This document shows, piece after piece, positions 10,656-20,532 of a DNA stretch of 64,000 nt. Each line of letters begins with the position of its first letter. Within the stretch, counting starts at the first letter, position 1. Origin of the DNA: Spirochaetia bacterium (lineage in GTDB: Bacteria; Spirochaetota; Spirochaetia; UBA9216); contig OY776510.1 in the NCBI GenBank assembly GCA_963675665.1, positions 864,001 through 928,000 on the forward strand, given 5' to 3'. A model generated the notes under the pieces. The model had not been told where the DNA came from, made no database searches, and saw nothing but the letters and a program-made list of their open reading frames with translations. Made by a program: the position numbers and the translations under genes.

Positions 10656-11121
10656 AACAAGAATCCTGTTTTTTATTGTAATTATAATCGTTGTTGTTTT
10701 TTTCTCTTCATGCCGCTCGGACGGTCCGGACGGGGTCGATATAACCGGGGTTTGGCAGGGCACGGTATTCTCAAATGATGATGAGAATAACGCCGAAATT
10801 GTTGTTTTTGAGTTTCTTGACAACGGCGATGCGCGAATGGGAAACCCCGGCGACATCATCATTTATGATGAAACCTGGGCAGTAGAGTTCACGTGGTCTT
10901 TGGACGAGCGGTATCTAGAAATAACGGCATGGTTTGATCTTTACTACGCCGAGTACTATTATAATCTGATAGATGATAATACACTTGAGATAATTCTGAT
11001 ACAGCGGAATTTTTTCAATGATACATACGAAGAAATCAGGTGCGGCGACCGGATTGTTCTGATTAAAAATGAAACCGATACTTTTATGGATCTGGTAACC
11101 GCTGATGATTCGGAATTCTAA
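10648..11121 (+). CDS. Putative acidic lipoprotein
   Basis: MNKTRILFFIVIIIVVVFFSSC spirochaete-type lipobox; GAGGAG RBS; DITGVW lipocalin-like start. Confidence 0.65.
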   Translation: MNKTRILFFIVIIIVVVFFSSCRSDGPDGVDITGVWQGTVFSNDDENNAEIVVFEFLDNGDARMGNPGDIIIYDETWAVEFTWSLDERYLEITAWFDLYYAEYYYNLIDDNTLEIILIQRNFFNDTYEEIRCGDRIVLIKNETDTFMDLVTADDSEF

Positions 11122-11148
11122 TTAAATGAAAAACGGAGAAAAATATAA

Positions 11149-11700
11149 ATGAAAAAGGTTTTTATCCTGACAGTTGTTATTTTTTTGGTTGTTTCTTCTT
11201 CAGTATATTCTCAAACAGAAAAATACTACGAACAGGGAAGATTTGTTTTCGGCGGCAGCGGAAGCATGAGTATTTATACCGAAGCGGGAGATTCCTCAGG
11301 TGTGAGTATCTTCCTGTATCCTGAATTCGGTTATTTCCCGGTTAACAATCTTGAGCTTCTTATGGGGATGAACACCAGGTTCAGTTCAGGCAGCATGTTG
11401 CTTCAGCTGGATTCCGGAATAAAATATTTTCTCTCCGGAAGTAAATTTGTTCCCTATGCGGGAGCAAATGTTTCCTATACCGTGGCGGATGATTTTTACG
11501 GAGAAGAAGGGTTAATTAACCTGCAGGCTGTAACAGGGCTGGATTTCTTTATGATACAGCGGCTTGCATTTTATGTTGAACTGACGCCGTTAACATATTA
11601 TATGTATGACGGTTACTCTGATTTCGGGTCATATATCTACATGCGCTTCGGTTTTCATTTTTATGTGCCGGTAGGTCCTCTGGAATTTACAGGTTCCTGA
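11149..11700 (+). CDS. Putative outer-membrane beta-barrel protein
   Basis: Signal peptide, alternating aromatic beta-strand pattern (FGYF, GIKYF, PYAGA, RFGFHFY). Confidence 0.65.
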   Translation: MKKVFILTVVIFLVVSSSVYSQTEKYYEQGRFVFGGSGSMSIYTEAGDSSGVSIFLYPEFGYFPVNNLELLMGMNTRFSSGSMLLQLDSGIKYFLSGSKFVPYAGANVSYTVADDFYGEEGLINLQAVTGLDFFMIQRLAFYVELTPLTYYMYDGYSDFGSYIYMRFGFHFYVPVGPLEFTGS

Positions 11701-11707
11701 GCTGAAA

Positions 11708-12769
11708 TCAGCCGTTAAAATATTCCTCAAGCGTCAGGTGTTTCCCGAAGATTTCCTCCGCCAGTTTGGCTCCCACATAGCGCAGATGCCAGGGCTCGTA
11801 TGAGTACCCGGTAATATCTTCCTTTCCTTCGGGATAGCGTATTATAAAACCGAAGCGGTGGGCGTTTTCAGCTACCCAGAGGCCTTCCGAGGTCTTGCCG
11901 AAAGACTGTTCAAGCTGAAAATTAACGGCTTCACTGCTGATGTCCATAGCCAGCCCGGTCTGGTGTTCGCTTGTTCCGGGGCGGGCGCTGAACCGGGCGG
12001 CGTATTCTTCTCCGTGCTCACTGACATTGGCTTCATAAAGCATAACCTGTGTTTTATATGATCTGTATCCGCTTCGGGCCGACAGTTCAAAGCCCTGCTC
12101 AGCTTCGGCCGCAGCGAACATGCTTTCGAGTGCGTCCGACGCTGCCCGCCTGAGATGGTTGACTTCTTCAAAAACAAGGATTGTCGGAACATTGATTCGC
12201 ACCAGATCTGGGGGAATATATCCGGCGGGCATCCTGCGCTCTTTATTGACAAACACGTCATATGCGGCCGGGTCGGTGACTACGCCGTCGAAGTCAATCC
12301 GGGCGGCCGGGTTTTTTCTGACCCTGATTGCTGCATCAGTGCCGTAACCGGCCCAATTCATTTTAACCGATACGGATTCGCCCGATAAAAGCGATTCGCC
12401 GGCGCGTATAATTATTTTTGCCCGAATACCTTCCTTCGAGAGTTCCGGTTGCACTGAAAGCAGTTTGAATTCCGGGTTTGACAAGGTAATTTCCAGGTCG
12501 GCTGAACTGAATAATTTCAGGGTTTGCCGATCAGGGATAAGGGTGCTGCCGTCTGCAGTGTTTGCTGGTGATTTTGAATCCGAAAAAACAACTTCAAGAT
12601 TCATTTCGGCGGTTCTACCGGGCTGTACCGTGATGCCGGACGGCCCGACAACAAGATTTATCGTTTTTCCGTCAGAACAGGATATAAAAAGTATCGCTGA
12701 AATCAAAACAGCAAATATAAACGGGCCGGTATGCATTATTCTGTTTTTTCGGGTTAAACAGCGCATCAT
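11708..12769 (-). CDS. M15B D-Ala-D-Ala carboxypeptidase lipoprotein
   Basis: SGYRSY, SARPGTSEHQTGLAMD, YEPWHLRYVG; lipobox FISC. Confidence 0.92.
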   Translation of the reverse strand: MMRCLTRKNRIMHTGPFIFAVLISAILFISCSDGKTINLVVGPSGITVQPGRTAEMNLEVVFSDSKSPANTADGSTLIPDRQTLKLFSSADLEITLSNPEFKLLSVQPELSKEGIRAKIIIRAGESLLSGESVSVKMNWAGYGTDAAIRVRKNPAARIDFDGVVTDPAAYDVFVNKERRMPAGYIPPDLVRINVPTILVFEEVNHLRRAASDALESMFAAAEAEQGFELSARSGYRSYKTQVMLYEANVSEHGEEYAARFSARPGTSEHQTGLAMDISSEAVNFQLEQSFGKTSEGLWVAENAHRFGFIIRYPEGKEDITGYSYEPWHLRYVGAKLAEEIFGKHLTLEEYFNG

Positions 12770-14063
12770 TACAAAACTCCCAGATACAGCCGCGAAAGCA
12801 GAAACCCTGCGGCAAGAACAACAATTGCCGGCTTAACTATTCCCAGAAGGCTTTTTCCCAGGCCGACTTTAAAGTATTCGTTTGAAACAAGAATACACAC
12901 ATGTACCGGCGAAAGAAGCTGCCCTGCATGGCCGAAAGTATAAGCCAGGACCGTAGTTGATACAAGAAGGGCGAAGTCGGGATTCGGGCCGATAAGACTG
13001 ATAACAATCGGAAACGCCGCGCCTACCGTGCCTATAGCTATACCGGTAGATATTCCGCATACCAGCGGAATCAGCATTATCAGAAGATATGTTGATATTC
13101 CGGCCGCAGACAGTTCTCCTCTGAGGGCTTCCATCAGCAGTGTTCCGCCGGGCAGCCGGCCTTCAATGAATGCCCCGTAAACTCGTATCAGCGCTACAAG
13201 GACCACCATATTAAAATTACGTCCGGAAAAGAGTATTTTTTTCCATACTGCGGGCTTGAGGGGCTCATAATCTGCAGGTAGATAATTGACAATAGAATTC
13301 CGATGGTTATCGGAAGATACCGGGTAAATCTGCTTAAAGCGGGGAATAGCGGGCCCAAAACAGCGTATGAGCCCATAACAATGATGATAGGTGAAACCAG
13401 AAACAGAAAGTGTCCGAAAGATCTGCTCCTGCCGGATTTATCCGGTTCGATATCGTTCTCCGTTTTTCGAAGAAGAAAAAACCATGCGCCGAGAATCGAA
13501 AACAGCGAAACAGGGAGCATAAATACCATGAAAACAGGCACCGGTAAACCGGAAATCTCTATTGCAAGCAGAACTCCCGGATACAGCGGCCACCAGTATT
13601 CCCAGATATGCCTGAACCAATAGTTAATCCGGGATTTAAGCGACGGATCCATATGATCAAACGGATCGCAGCTGTCTACAAGCGGAGCTGAAAAAACTGC
13701 GCCTCCGGGCATGGGCAACAGACCGATAACAGCCGGAAGGATGGCCATAGACTTATTTCTTGAAAAGCGTCGCGTGATACTTGAAACCAGATCGTCCATA
13801 ATCCCGGTTTCTTTCATCTGGGCCGAAAGAAAAATAACAATCAGAACTACGATCATTAAAAAAATGTTATCGGTTTCGGAAAACCTGGTCCAGGCAATTG
13901 ATAATGCCCCGGTCAGACTGTGTCCTGACCATACAGCCAGAATCAGGGTACCGGCCAGGACACCGTATATCTGGTTGGAGATTAGTTTATTTATGATAAT
14001 AATGGCAGCCAGCGATGTAATAATTTTCAATATTGCAGGTGCGTTAAATATTGCCTCAAACAT
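12769..14063 (-). pseudogene. DUF401-family membrane protein split by a 1-nt frameshift near 13260
   Basis: GLLPMPGGAVFSAP and NYWFRHIWEYWWPLYPG in ORF 13194-14063, LLSPVHVC in ORF 12769-13209; adding one base near 13262 gives continuous ...LQIMxPLKPAVWKKILFSGRNFNMVVL. Confidence 0.75.
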
Positions 14064-14109
14064 AACGAAAATGTAGCAGGGTATGCTGATTTCTTCAATA
14101 GCCGGAGGT

Positions 14110-14129
14110 TTGTTAGGGTTGACTAATAA
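14110..14129. promoter_or_regulatory. Candidate metal-repressor (DtxR/MntR-like) operator upstream of feoA
   Basis: TTGTTAG-ggttga-CTAATAA imperfect palindrome between divergent DUF401 and feoAB. Confidence 0.5.
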
Positions 14130-14199
14130 TCAGAAAATTGTTAACTTATCTTAAGTTTTATTTGTTTTTTAGATTTTTTAAGGAGAGCCTTATTCAGGG

Positions 14200-14433
14200 A
14201 TGGTGGAAAAAATGAGTCTTTCTGAATTAAGACCGGGAACCAGGGCAATAGTAGAATCAATTTCCGGCGGAAAACATCTCCGACAAAAACTGGTGCACCT
14301 GGGTATGATTCCCGGATCCGAAGTCAAAGTGATTCGGGCAAACAGAATGGGTCCGATGGTTCTGAATATTCAGGGTTCCCAGATAATGATTGGGCAGGGG
14401 ATGGCCAGAAGAATATATGTCAGAGAAGCATGA
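14200..14433 (+). CDS. feoA: Ferrous iron transport protein A
   Basis: LSELRPG...KLVHLGMIPG...IGQGMARRI; precedes feoB. Confidence 0.92.
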   Translation: MVEKMSLSELRPGTRAIVESISGGKHLRQKLVHLGMIPGSEVKVIRANRMGPMVLNIQGSQIMIGQGMARRIYVREA

Positions 14434-16555
14434 TTTTATACTGGCTTTTACCGGAAATCCCAATAGCGGGAAGAGCACGCTCTTCAATGCCCTTACGGGC
14501 GCAAAACAGCAAATAGGAAACTGGCCGGGAGTAACCGTTGAACGGGTTGAAGGCCGGTACGATTATAATAACATTAAATATAATATAGTTGATCTCCCGG
14601 GAATATATTCTCTTTCACCGAACAGCGAAGATGAACGGGTTTCGAGGGATTATATCCTCAGCAACAGGGCCGATTTGGTTGTTAATATTATAGATGCATC
14701 CAACCTGTCCAGAAACCTCTTTCTGACGGCGCAATTAATTGAAATGCGGGTGCCGGTTGTTGTCGTATTGAACATGATGGATCTTGCTGTTTCGAACGGG
14801 CTTGAGATTGATATTGATCACCTGTCCGCCCATTTAAAATGTCCCGTAATAGGTGTCAGCGCCGTAAAACAGGGTGATATCGTTAAATTAAAACAGTTTT
14901 TGCACGAACAATGCAAACAGCCCGCAGTTTCGTCGGTCACGCTGAAATATCCGAACGAGATAGAGGATCTGGTTAAGCAGTGGCAGCAGAAACTATCAGA
15001 AAAATCTGTAGAGCTTGGTATTGATTCAAGGTGGCTTGCTTTAAGGCTTGTTGAAGAAGACAGCTGGGCGATGGATCTTGTCGGTAAAGAGGCTTTGATA
15101 GAGCAGGAAGAAATTGAAACCGGATTGGAGTCAATTAAAAAAATTCTTGCTGAAACACCGGACATGATAATTGCGGATTATGTATACGGCGCAGTTAACG
15201 GTGTTTGCCGAGAGGTTGTAAACCGCATTAAGGAAGTAAAGCCGATTGGCGACAGGATAGACGCATTCGTGATGCATCCTTTTTTCGGGGTGCCTGTCTT
15301 TTTTGCGGTAATGATGATTGTCTTTCTTGTTACAATCCAGGTCGGCAATATCTTTGTCGGATGGTTTGATACTGCGGCAGGATTTGTTTTTGTTGACGGA
15401 CTTCGTTCTCTTCTTGATGTCGCCGGGGCTCCTCCGATAATTTCTTTTATAATTGCCGACGGAATAGGCGCCGGGATACAGATGGTCATATCTTTTATTC
15501 CGTTTGTATTTTTCATGTTTCTGATGCTTTCGCTTCTTGAAGATTCCGGTTATATGGCCCGCGCAGCATTTGTTATGGATAAGTTTATGGGAAAACTTGG
15601 CCTGCCGGGTAAAGCTTTTGTTCCTATGATTGTAGGATTCGGCTGCTCCGTACCGGCCATACTGGCCACCAGAACGCTCGATAACCGCCGGGACAGGATG
15701 ATTACCATTTTTATGGTACCGATGATGTCTTGCGGGGCAAAGCTGCCTGTTTATGCGTTATTTGCCGCGGCTTTTTTTCATTCGCGTTCAGGGCCGGTTG
15801 TTTTTTCTCTTTATCTTACAGGTGTTATTGTTGCCGTTTTATCAGGACTTCTCGTTAAATTAACTTTATATCACGGAGAGCCGTCGCATCTGATAATGGA
15901 GCTGCCGAAGTATCATTTTCCGAGAGCAAAGCATATTCTGCTGCACACCTGGGCCCGGGTCAAGGATTTTATCAAACGTGCCGGTCAGGTTATTATAATT
16001 GCAGTTTTTATTCTTTCGATATTGTCTTCGTTCAGCTTCAGCAGCGGTTTCCGGCAGGACAATGTTGCAGGTTCAATTCTTGCTTCACTGGGAAAGATTC
16101 TGACGCCTGTTTTTACTCCGATGGGAATAACCCCGGAAAACTGGCCGGCAACCGTAGGACTTTTTACAGGCCTGTTTGCAAAAGAATCGGTTGCGGGTAC
16201 TCTCAACGCAATCTACAGCCAGCTTGATTCGGGCAACCCTTCTGCCGCGGTAGGTCTTCGTTCGCTTAAGTCGAGGTTTTCCCCGGCGGCGGCCTATGCA
16301 TACCTGCTGTTCATTTTGCTTTATATGCCCTGTGTGGCGGCTGTCGGCACAGCAATGAAAGAGATAAACGTCCGTTTCGGACTTCTTCAGGCGCTGTATC
16401 TGACTCTTGTCGCCTGGATCCTTTCAACTTTATTTTACCAGATTGCCGAAGGTCATAACGCCGTTTTCATTATCATCGCCGCCGCACTGGTGGCCGGTAT
16501 TATTCTGGCTTTTAAGATCATCGCCCGGTTTTTATACGCCGGAACGCGGGACTGA
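14417..16555 (+). CDS. feoB: Ferrous iron transport protein B
   Basis: GNPNSGKS, GNWPGVTVE, DLPGIYSL, LEDSGYMARAAF, GFGCSVPA; start set at ATG 14417. Confidence 0.96.
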   Translation: MSEKHDFILAFTGNPNSGKSTLFNALTGAKQQIGNWPGVTVERVEGRYDYNNIKYNIVDLPGIYSLSPNSEDERVSRDYILSNRADLVVNIIDASNLSRNLFLTAQLIEMRVPVVVVLNMMDLAVSNGLEIDIDHLSAHLKCPVIGVSAVKQGDIVKLKQFLHEQCKQPAVSSVTLKYPNEIEDLVKQWQQKLSEKSVELGIDSRWLALRLVEEDSWAMDLVGKEALIEQEEIETGLESIKKILAETPDMIIADYVYGAVNGVCREVVNRIKEVKPIGDRIDAFVMHPFFGVPVFFAVMMIVFLVTIQVGNIFVGWFDTAAGFVFVDGLRSLLDVAGAPPIISFIIADGIGAGIQMVISFIPFVFFMFLMLSLLEDSGYMARAAFVMDKFMGKLGLPGKAFVPMIVGFGCSVPAILATRTLDNRRDRMITIFMVPMMSCGAKLPVYALFAAAFFHSRSGPVVFSLYLTGVIVAVLSGLLVKLTLYHGEPSHLIMELPKYHFPRAKHILLHTWARVKDFIKRAGQVIIIAVFILSILSSFSFSSGFRQDNVAGSILASLGKILTPVFTPMGITPENWPATVGLFTGLFAKESVAGTLNAIYSQLDSGNPSAAVGLRSLKSRFSPAAAYAYLLFILLYMPCVAAVGTAMKEINVRFGLLQALYLTLVAWILSTLFYQIAEGHNAVFIIIAAALVAGIILAFKIIARFLYAGTRD

Positions 16556-16581
16556 GTAACAAGCTTACAAAAATTATTATG

Positions 16582-16610
16582 TTGTATTGACTCCCGTTAT
16601 GTTTTACAAT
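16582..16610 (+). promoter_or_regulatory. Sigma70-like promoter for deoD
   Basis: TTGTAT-17nt-TACAAT. Confidence 0.55.
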
Positions 16611-16650
16611 GAATGTTCTGTTACACTTGGTTAATAAAACGGAGGATTAA

Positions 16651-17361
16651 ATGAGTTTACACATTGCCGCTGAAAAGGGCGCAATTGCAGAAACAGTACT
16701 TATGCCCGGAGATCCGCTGAGAGCCAAATACGCAGCTGATAAATTTCTCGATAATGCGGTTTGTTACAATGAAGTCAGGGGAATGTACGGTTTTACCGGA
16801 ACATATAAAGGTAAAAGAGTTTCAATTCAGGGTTCCGGAATGGGACAGCCGTCGATGGGAATTTACTCATATGAATTGATGGCGGATTACAATGTGAAAA
16901 ATATAATGCGCATAGGTTCATGCGGTGCTGTACAGCCTGAAATAGAGCTGCGCGATATTGTTATTGCAATGTCGGCATCTACAAACGGCGGGAACAATAA
17001 GGGCATATTCAGAGGAATGGATTATGCGCCCTGCGCAGACGCGGATCTTTTTTTAACTGCAGTTAAAAAAGCGGGGCAGATGAAACTTAACATCAGGGCC
17101 GGAAATATCCTCTCGTCGGATAATTTCTATGATGATGATCCCGAGATCTGGAAGCTCTGGGCAAGGTTCGGAGTGCTTGCAATTGAGATGGAAGCCTCGA
17201 TGTTGTATACACTTGCCGCGAAAATGGGCGTAAAAGCCCTGGCTATTTGTACTGTAAGCGACAGTATTGTGAATCAGACTCTTCTGTCTGCCGAAGAAAG
17301 GGAAAAATCTTTTGATGAGATGATAACCCTGGCGCTTGAAACAGCGGCTGAACTCGGTTAA
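16651..17361 (+). CDS. deoD: Purine-nucleoside phosphorylase
   Basis: MPGDPLRAK, NEVRGMYGFTG, GSGMGQPS, IEMEAS. Confidence 0.96.
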   Translation: MSLHIAAEKGAIAETVLMPGDPLRAKYAADKFLDNAVCYNEVRGMYGFTGTYKGKRVSIQGSGMGQPSMGIYSYELMADYNVKNIMRIGSCGAVQPEIELRDIVIAMSASTNGGNNKGIFRGMDYAPCADADLFLTAVKKAGQMKLNIRAGNILSSDNFYDDDPEIWKLWARFGVLAIEMEASMLYTLAAKMGVKALAICTVSDSIVNQTLLSAEEREKSFDEMITLALETAAELG

Positions 17362-17381
17362 GAAGAGTATCGGAAAAAGTT

Positions 17382-17870
17382 TTGAATGTTGACAGCGAGC
17401 TGCAGAAAGCTCAGAATATCTATAAAGAAAATAAAAAACTCATTGAAAAGCTGAAACGGTGGAAGCGTAAAGATCTGGACAGTCTTTTTTTCGAAGCGCA
17501 CGAAGCCGTATTTGCTGATATAGACTGCCGGGAATGCGGAAACTGCTGTAAAAACCTCGGTCCGAAATTAAATAACCGCGATATTGAAAGACTTGGAAAA
17601 TTTATAAATATGAGGGCCGGAAAGGTCCGGAAAAACTATCTTGAAATAGATGAGGATAATGATTTTATCTTCCAGTCAATGCCTTGTCCGTTTTTACACG
17701 AAGGAAATTTCTGTTCGGTATATGAAGCGCGGCCGAGGGCCTGTGCTGAATACCCGCATACTGATTATCCGAATATGCAGAAGAGACTTAATCTGACCCT
17801 TAAAAACAGCCTGATTTGTCCCGGAGTGTACAGAATTCTAAACAGGATAAGAGCTGAAGTGATGGATTAA
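17382..17870 (+). CDS. YkgJ-family cysteine cluster protein
   Basis: CRECGNCC, PCPFL, CSVYEARPRACAEYP. Confidence 0.88.
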   Translation: MNVDSELQKAQNIYKENKKLIEKLKRWKRKDLDSLFFEAHEAVFADIDCRECGNCCKNLGPKLNNRDIERLGKFINMRAGKVRKNYLEIDEDNDFIFQSMPCPFLHEGNFCSVYEARPRACAEYPHTDYPNMQKRLNLTLKNSLICPGVYRILNRIRAEVMD

Positions 17871-17886
17871 ACCGGAGGCATTTCCG

Positions 17887-18813
17887 TTGGACAGCAAAAT
17901 CCGAAAGAGAAAAATTAAACACGCATCATGGGCCGGAATAGTCGGCAACGGCGTTCTTGCTGTAATCAAGATCTGGTTTGGAACTGTAGGCGGAAGCGCA
18001 GCCCTTGTAGGCGCCGGAATTGACACTGCGACCGATATCGTTTCATCAATAATTACGCTGCTGACTGCAAATATCGCCGATAAGCCGCCTGATCAGGAAC
18101 ACCCTTACGGCCACGGCCGGGCTGAAACAATCGCGGCGAGGATTCTATCGTTTATAATAATAACCGCCGGAATTCAACTTCTTTTCAATACCGCCGAATC
18201 ATTGATCCGCGGTTCCGAAAAAGCCCTTCCCGAAATGTTTGCCGTTTATATTTCCATTGTAGCAATTGCCGCAAAATTTGCGCTTTATATCTATAAAATG
18301 AAAATAGGAAAAGAAGTAAACAGCCAGATGGTAATAGCCGACGCCAGGAACATGAAGGCGGATATTGTATTGTCCGCATCGGTTTTGACGGGATTGTTGC
18401 TCACTTACGCGGTACAGCTTGCCGTGATAGATTCGATAATGGCTATCGGCGTTGCTGTATGGATAATCAGAAACGGCATCAGTATATTTATGGAATCCAA
18501 CGATGAATTAATGGAAGGCGCCGGGGATTCAAAGCTGTACGGACAGGTTTTCGGCTGTCTCAAAGAAGTTGACGGAATAAGCAACCCGCACCGGGTTCGA
18601 ATCAGAAAAATTAATACAATGTATGTTATTGATCTGGATATTGAGGTTGACGGCAGTCTGACTGTTTATGATGGGCATCTTCTTGCGATCCGGGCGGAAA
18701 AAGCGCTGAGAAAAGAGATTAAGAATCTTTATGATGTGATAGTGCATATAGAACCGGGCGGTAATTATGAAGATCAGGAGCGTTACGGTTTGACAGAGGA
18801 AAGCCTCGATTAG
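17887..18813 (+). CDS. Cation diffusion facilitator family transporter
   Basis: PPDQEHPYGHGRAE, six TM segments, DVIVHIEP. Confidence 0.92.
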   Translation: MDSKIRKRKIKHASWAGIVGNGVLAVIKIWFGTVGGSAALVGAGIDTATDIVSSIITLLTANIADKPPDQEHPYGHGRAETIAARILSFIIITAGIQLLFNTAESLIRGSEKALPEMFAVYISIVAIAAKFALYIYKMKIGKEVNSQMVIADARNMKADIVLSASVLTGLLLTYAVQLAVIDSIMAIGVAVWIIRNGISIFMESNDELMEGAGDSKLYGQVFGCLKEVDGISNPHRVRIRKINTMYVIDLDIEVDGSLTVYDGHLLAIRAEKALRKEIKNLYDVIVHIEPGGNYEDQERYGLTEESLD

Positions 18814-18869
18814 TATACTGCATTGGAATATGAATTTTTTAGTTGACCAAATATAACCGGGAGAAGGAT

Positions 18870-20525
18870 ATGGTTAAAGCCTTGAGAAAAAACCCTGAAA
18901 TGGAGAAAAGAAAAGGCCCCGTGCTGTTAGTGATTATGGACGGGGTCGGTTATGGACAGTATGAAGAAGGTGACGGTTTTAAAGCCGCCCACACGGAAAA
19001 TCTGGATGAACTTATGAAAGATTATCCGACGGTAAAGCTCAAGGCTCACGGAAAAGCCGTCGGTTTGCCTTCTGATGAGGATATGGGTAATTCGGAAGTT
19101 GGCCACAATGCAATAGGCTGCGGGCGTGTCTTTGCCCAGGGCGCAAAACTTGTGACCGAATCGATAAAAACCGGAGCAATGTTTTCAGGGAAGACGTGGA
19201 AGAAACTTACGGCAAATTGCGTAAAAGAAGACAGCGTAATACATTTCATCGGACTTTTGTCCGACGGCAATGTTCATTCCCATATCGATCATCTAAAACA
19301 AATGGTTATAAAAGCCAGGGAAGACGGTGTAAAAACAGTACGGATTCACGCGCTGCTGGACGGCCGGGATGTAGGCGAAACATCTGCGCTCGATTTTTTT
19401 GATCCGTTTGAAGAATTCTGCAAAGAACTCAGCGTCGACGGTTTTTCGGCAAGGATTGCAAGCGGCGGCGGTCGTATGGTCATAACCATGGACAGATACG
19501 GCGCTAACTGGGATATGGTCAGGCGCGGGTGGGAAACACATGTTCTCGGAGAAGGCCGCACTTTTAATACGCCGCATGAGGCTATCGAAACCCTCAGGGC
19601 AGAGACCGGAGCAATAGATCAGGACCTGCCCGCTTTTGTAATTGCTGAAGACGGTAAACCCGTCGGAATGATAAATGACGGCGATTCGGTTGTCTTCTTT
19701 AACTTCCGGGGAGATCGGGCTCTTGAAATCACAAAGGCTTTCGAAGCAGGGGATGATTTTTCCGAGTTTGACAGAAAAAGAATGCCGAAAGTCGAATATG
19801 CGGGAATGATGGAATACGACGGCGATTTGCATATACCTATGCAGTATCTCGTTTCTCCGCCGGCGATTGATCGCACGATGGGCGAATATCTCGCTGCAAC
19901 GGGAGTCAGGTCTTTTGCAATAAGCGAAACCCAGAAATACGGACATGTTACATATTTTTTCAACGGAAACAAACTTGGAAAATTCGATGAAAAGCTTGAA
20001 ACTTATGAGGAGATTCTTTCAGATGTAGTTCCGTTTGAGCAGCGACCTTGGATGAAATGTGCGGATATTACCGACAGGGTGCTTGAGGTAATAAAAACCG
20101 GAGAATATGATTTTATCAGAATGAATTTTCCCAACGGCGATATGGTGGGGCATACCGGTAATTACGAAGCTGTTATATGTTCAATGGAGGCGCTGGATCT
20201 CTGTTTAGGCAGAATCCGCAAAGCGGTAGAGGCTGCAGGCGGCGTAATGATTATCTCTGCAGATCACGGGAATTCGGATGATATGTATGAACATGACAAA
20301 AAGACCGGCGAAGTAAAGAGGCATCCGAACGGAAAACCGAAAGCAAAAACAGCACATTCTCTGAATCCTGTTCCATGCATCATTTACGATCCTGCCGGAA
20401 AAGGCGAATATAAACCGGAACTTCGGGAAGGTCTTGGAATAAGTTCGCTTGCCGCGACGGTTGTCGAATTTCTGGGATATGAAAAACCGGATGAATACGA
20501 TATCTCGGTTCTGCAATATAACTAA
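18870..20525 (+). CDS. gpmI: 2,3-bisphosphoglycerate-independent phosphoglycerate mutase
   Basis: MGNSEVGH, LLDGRDV, FNFRGDRA, ETQKYGHVTYFFNG, DMVGHTG, SADHGN; start set at ATG after AAGGA. Confidence 0.96.
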   Translation: MVKALRKNPEMEKRKGPVLLVIMDGVGYGQYEEGDGFKAAHTENLDELMKDYPTVKLKAHGKAVGLPSDEDMGNSEVGHNAIGCGRVFAQGAKLVTESIKTGAMFSGKTWKKLTANCVKEDSVIHFIGLLSDGNVHSHIDHLKQMVIKAREDGVKTVRIHALLDGRDVGETSALDFFDPFEEFCKELSVDGFSARIASGGGRMVITMDRYGANWDMVRRGWETHVLGEGRTFNTPHEAIETLRAETGAIDQDLPAFVIAEDGKPVGMINDGDSVVFFNFRGDRALEITKAFEAGDDFSEFDRKRMPKVEYAGMMEYDGDLHIPMQYLVSPPAIDRTMGEYLAATGVRSFAISETQKYGHVTYFFNGNKLGKFDEKLETYEEILSDVVPFEQRPWMKCADITDRVLEVIKTGEYDFIRMNFPNGDMVGHTGNYEAVICSMEALDLCLGRIRKAVEAAGGVMIISADHGNSDDMYEHDKKTGEVKRHPNGKPKAKTAHSLNPVPCIIYDPAGKGEYKPELREGLGISSLAATVVEFLGYEKPDEYDISVLQYN

Positions 20526-20532
20526 AACAGGA

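Noticed and set aside
11708-12769. vanY vancomycin-resistance cluster
   Set aside because: No ligase, vanH/vanX or vanRS nearby; housekeeping M15B peptidase
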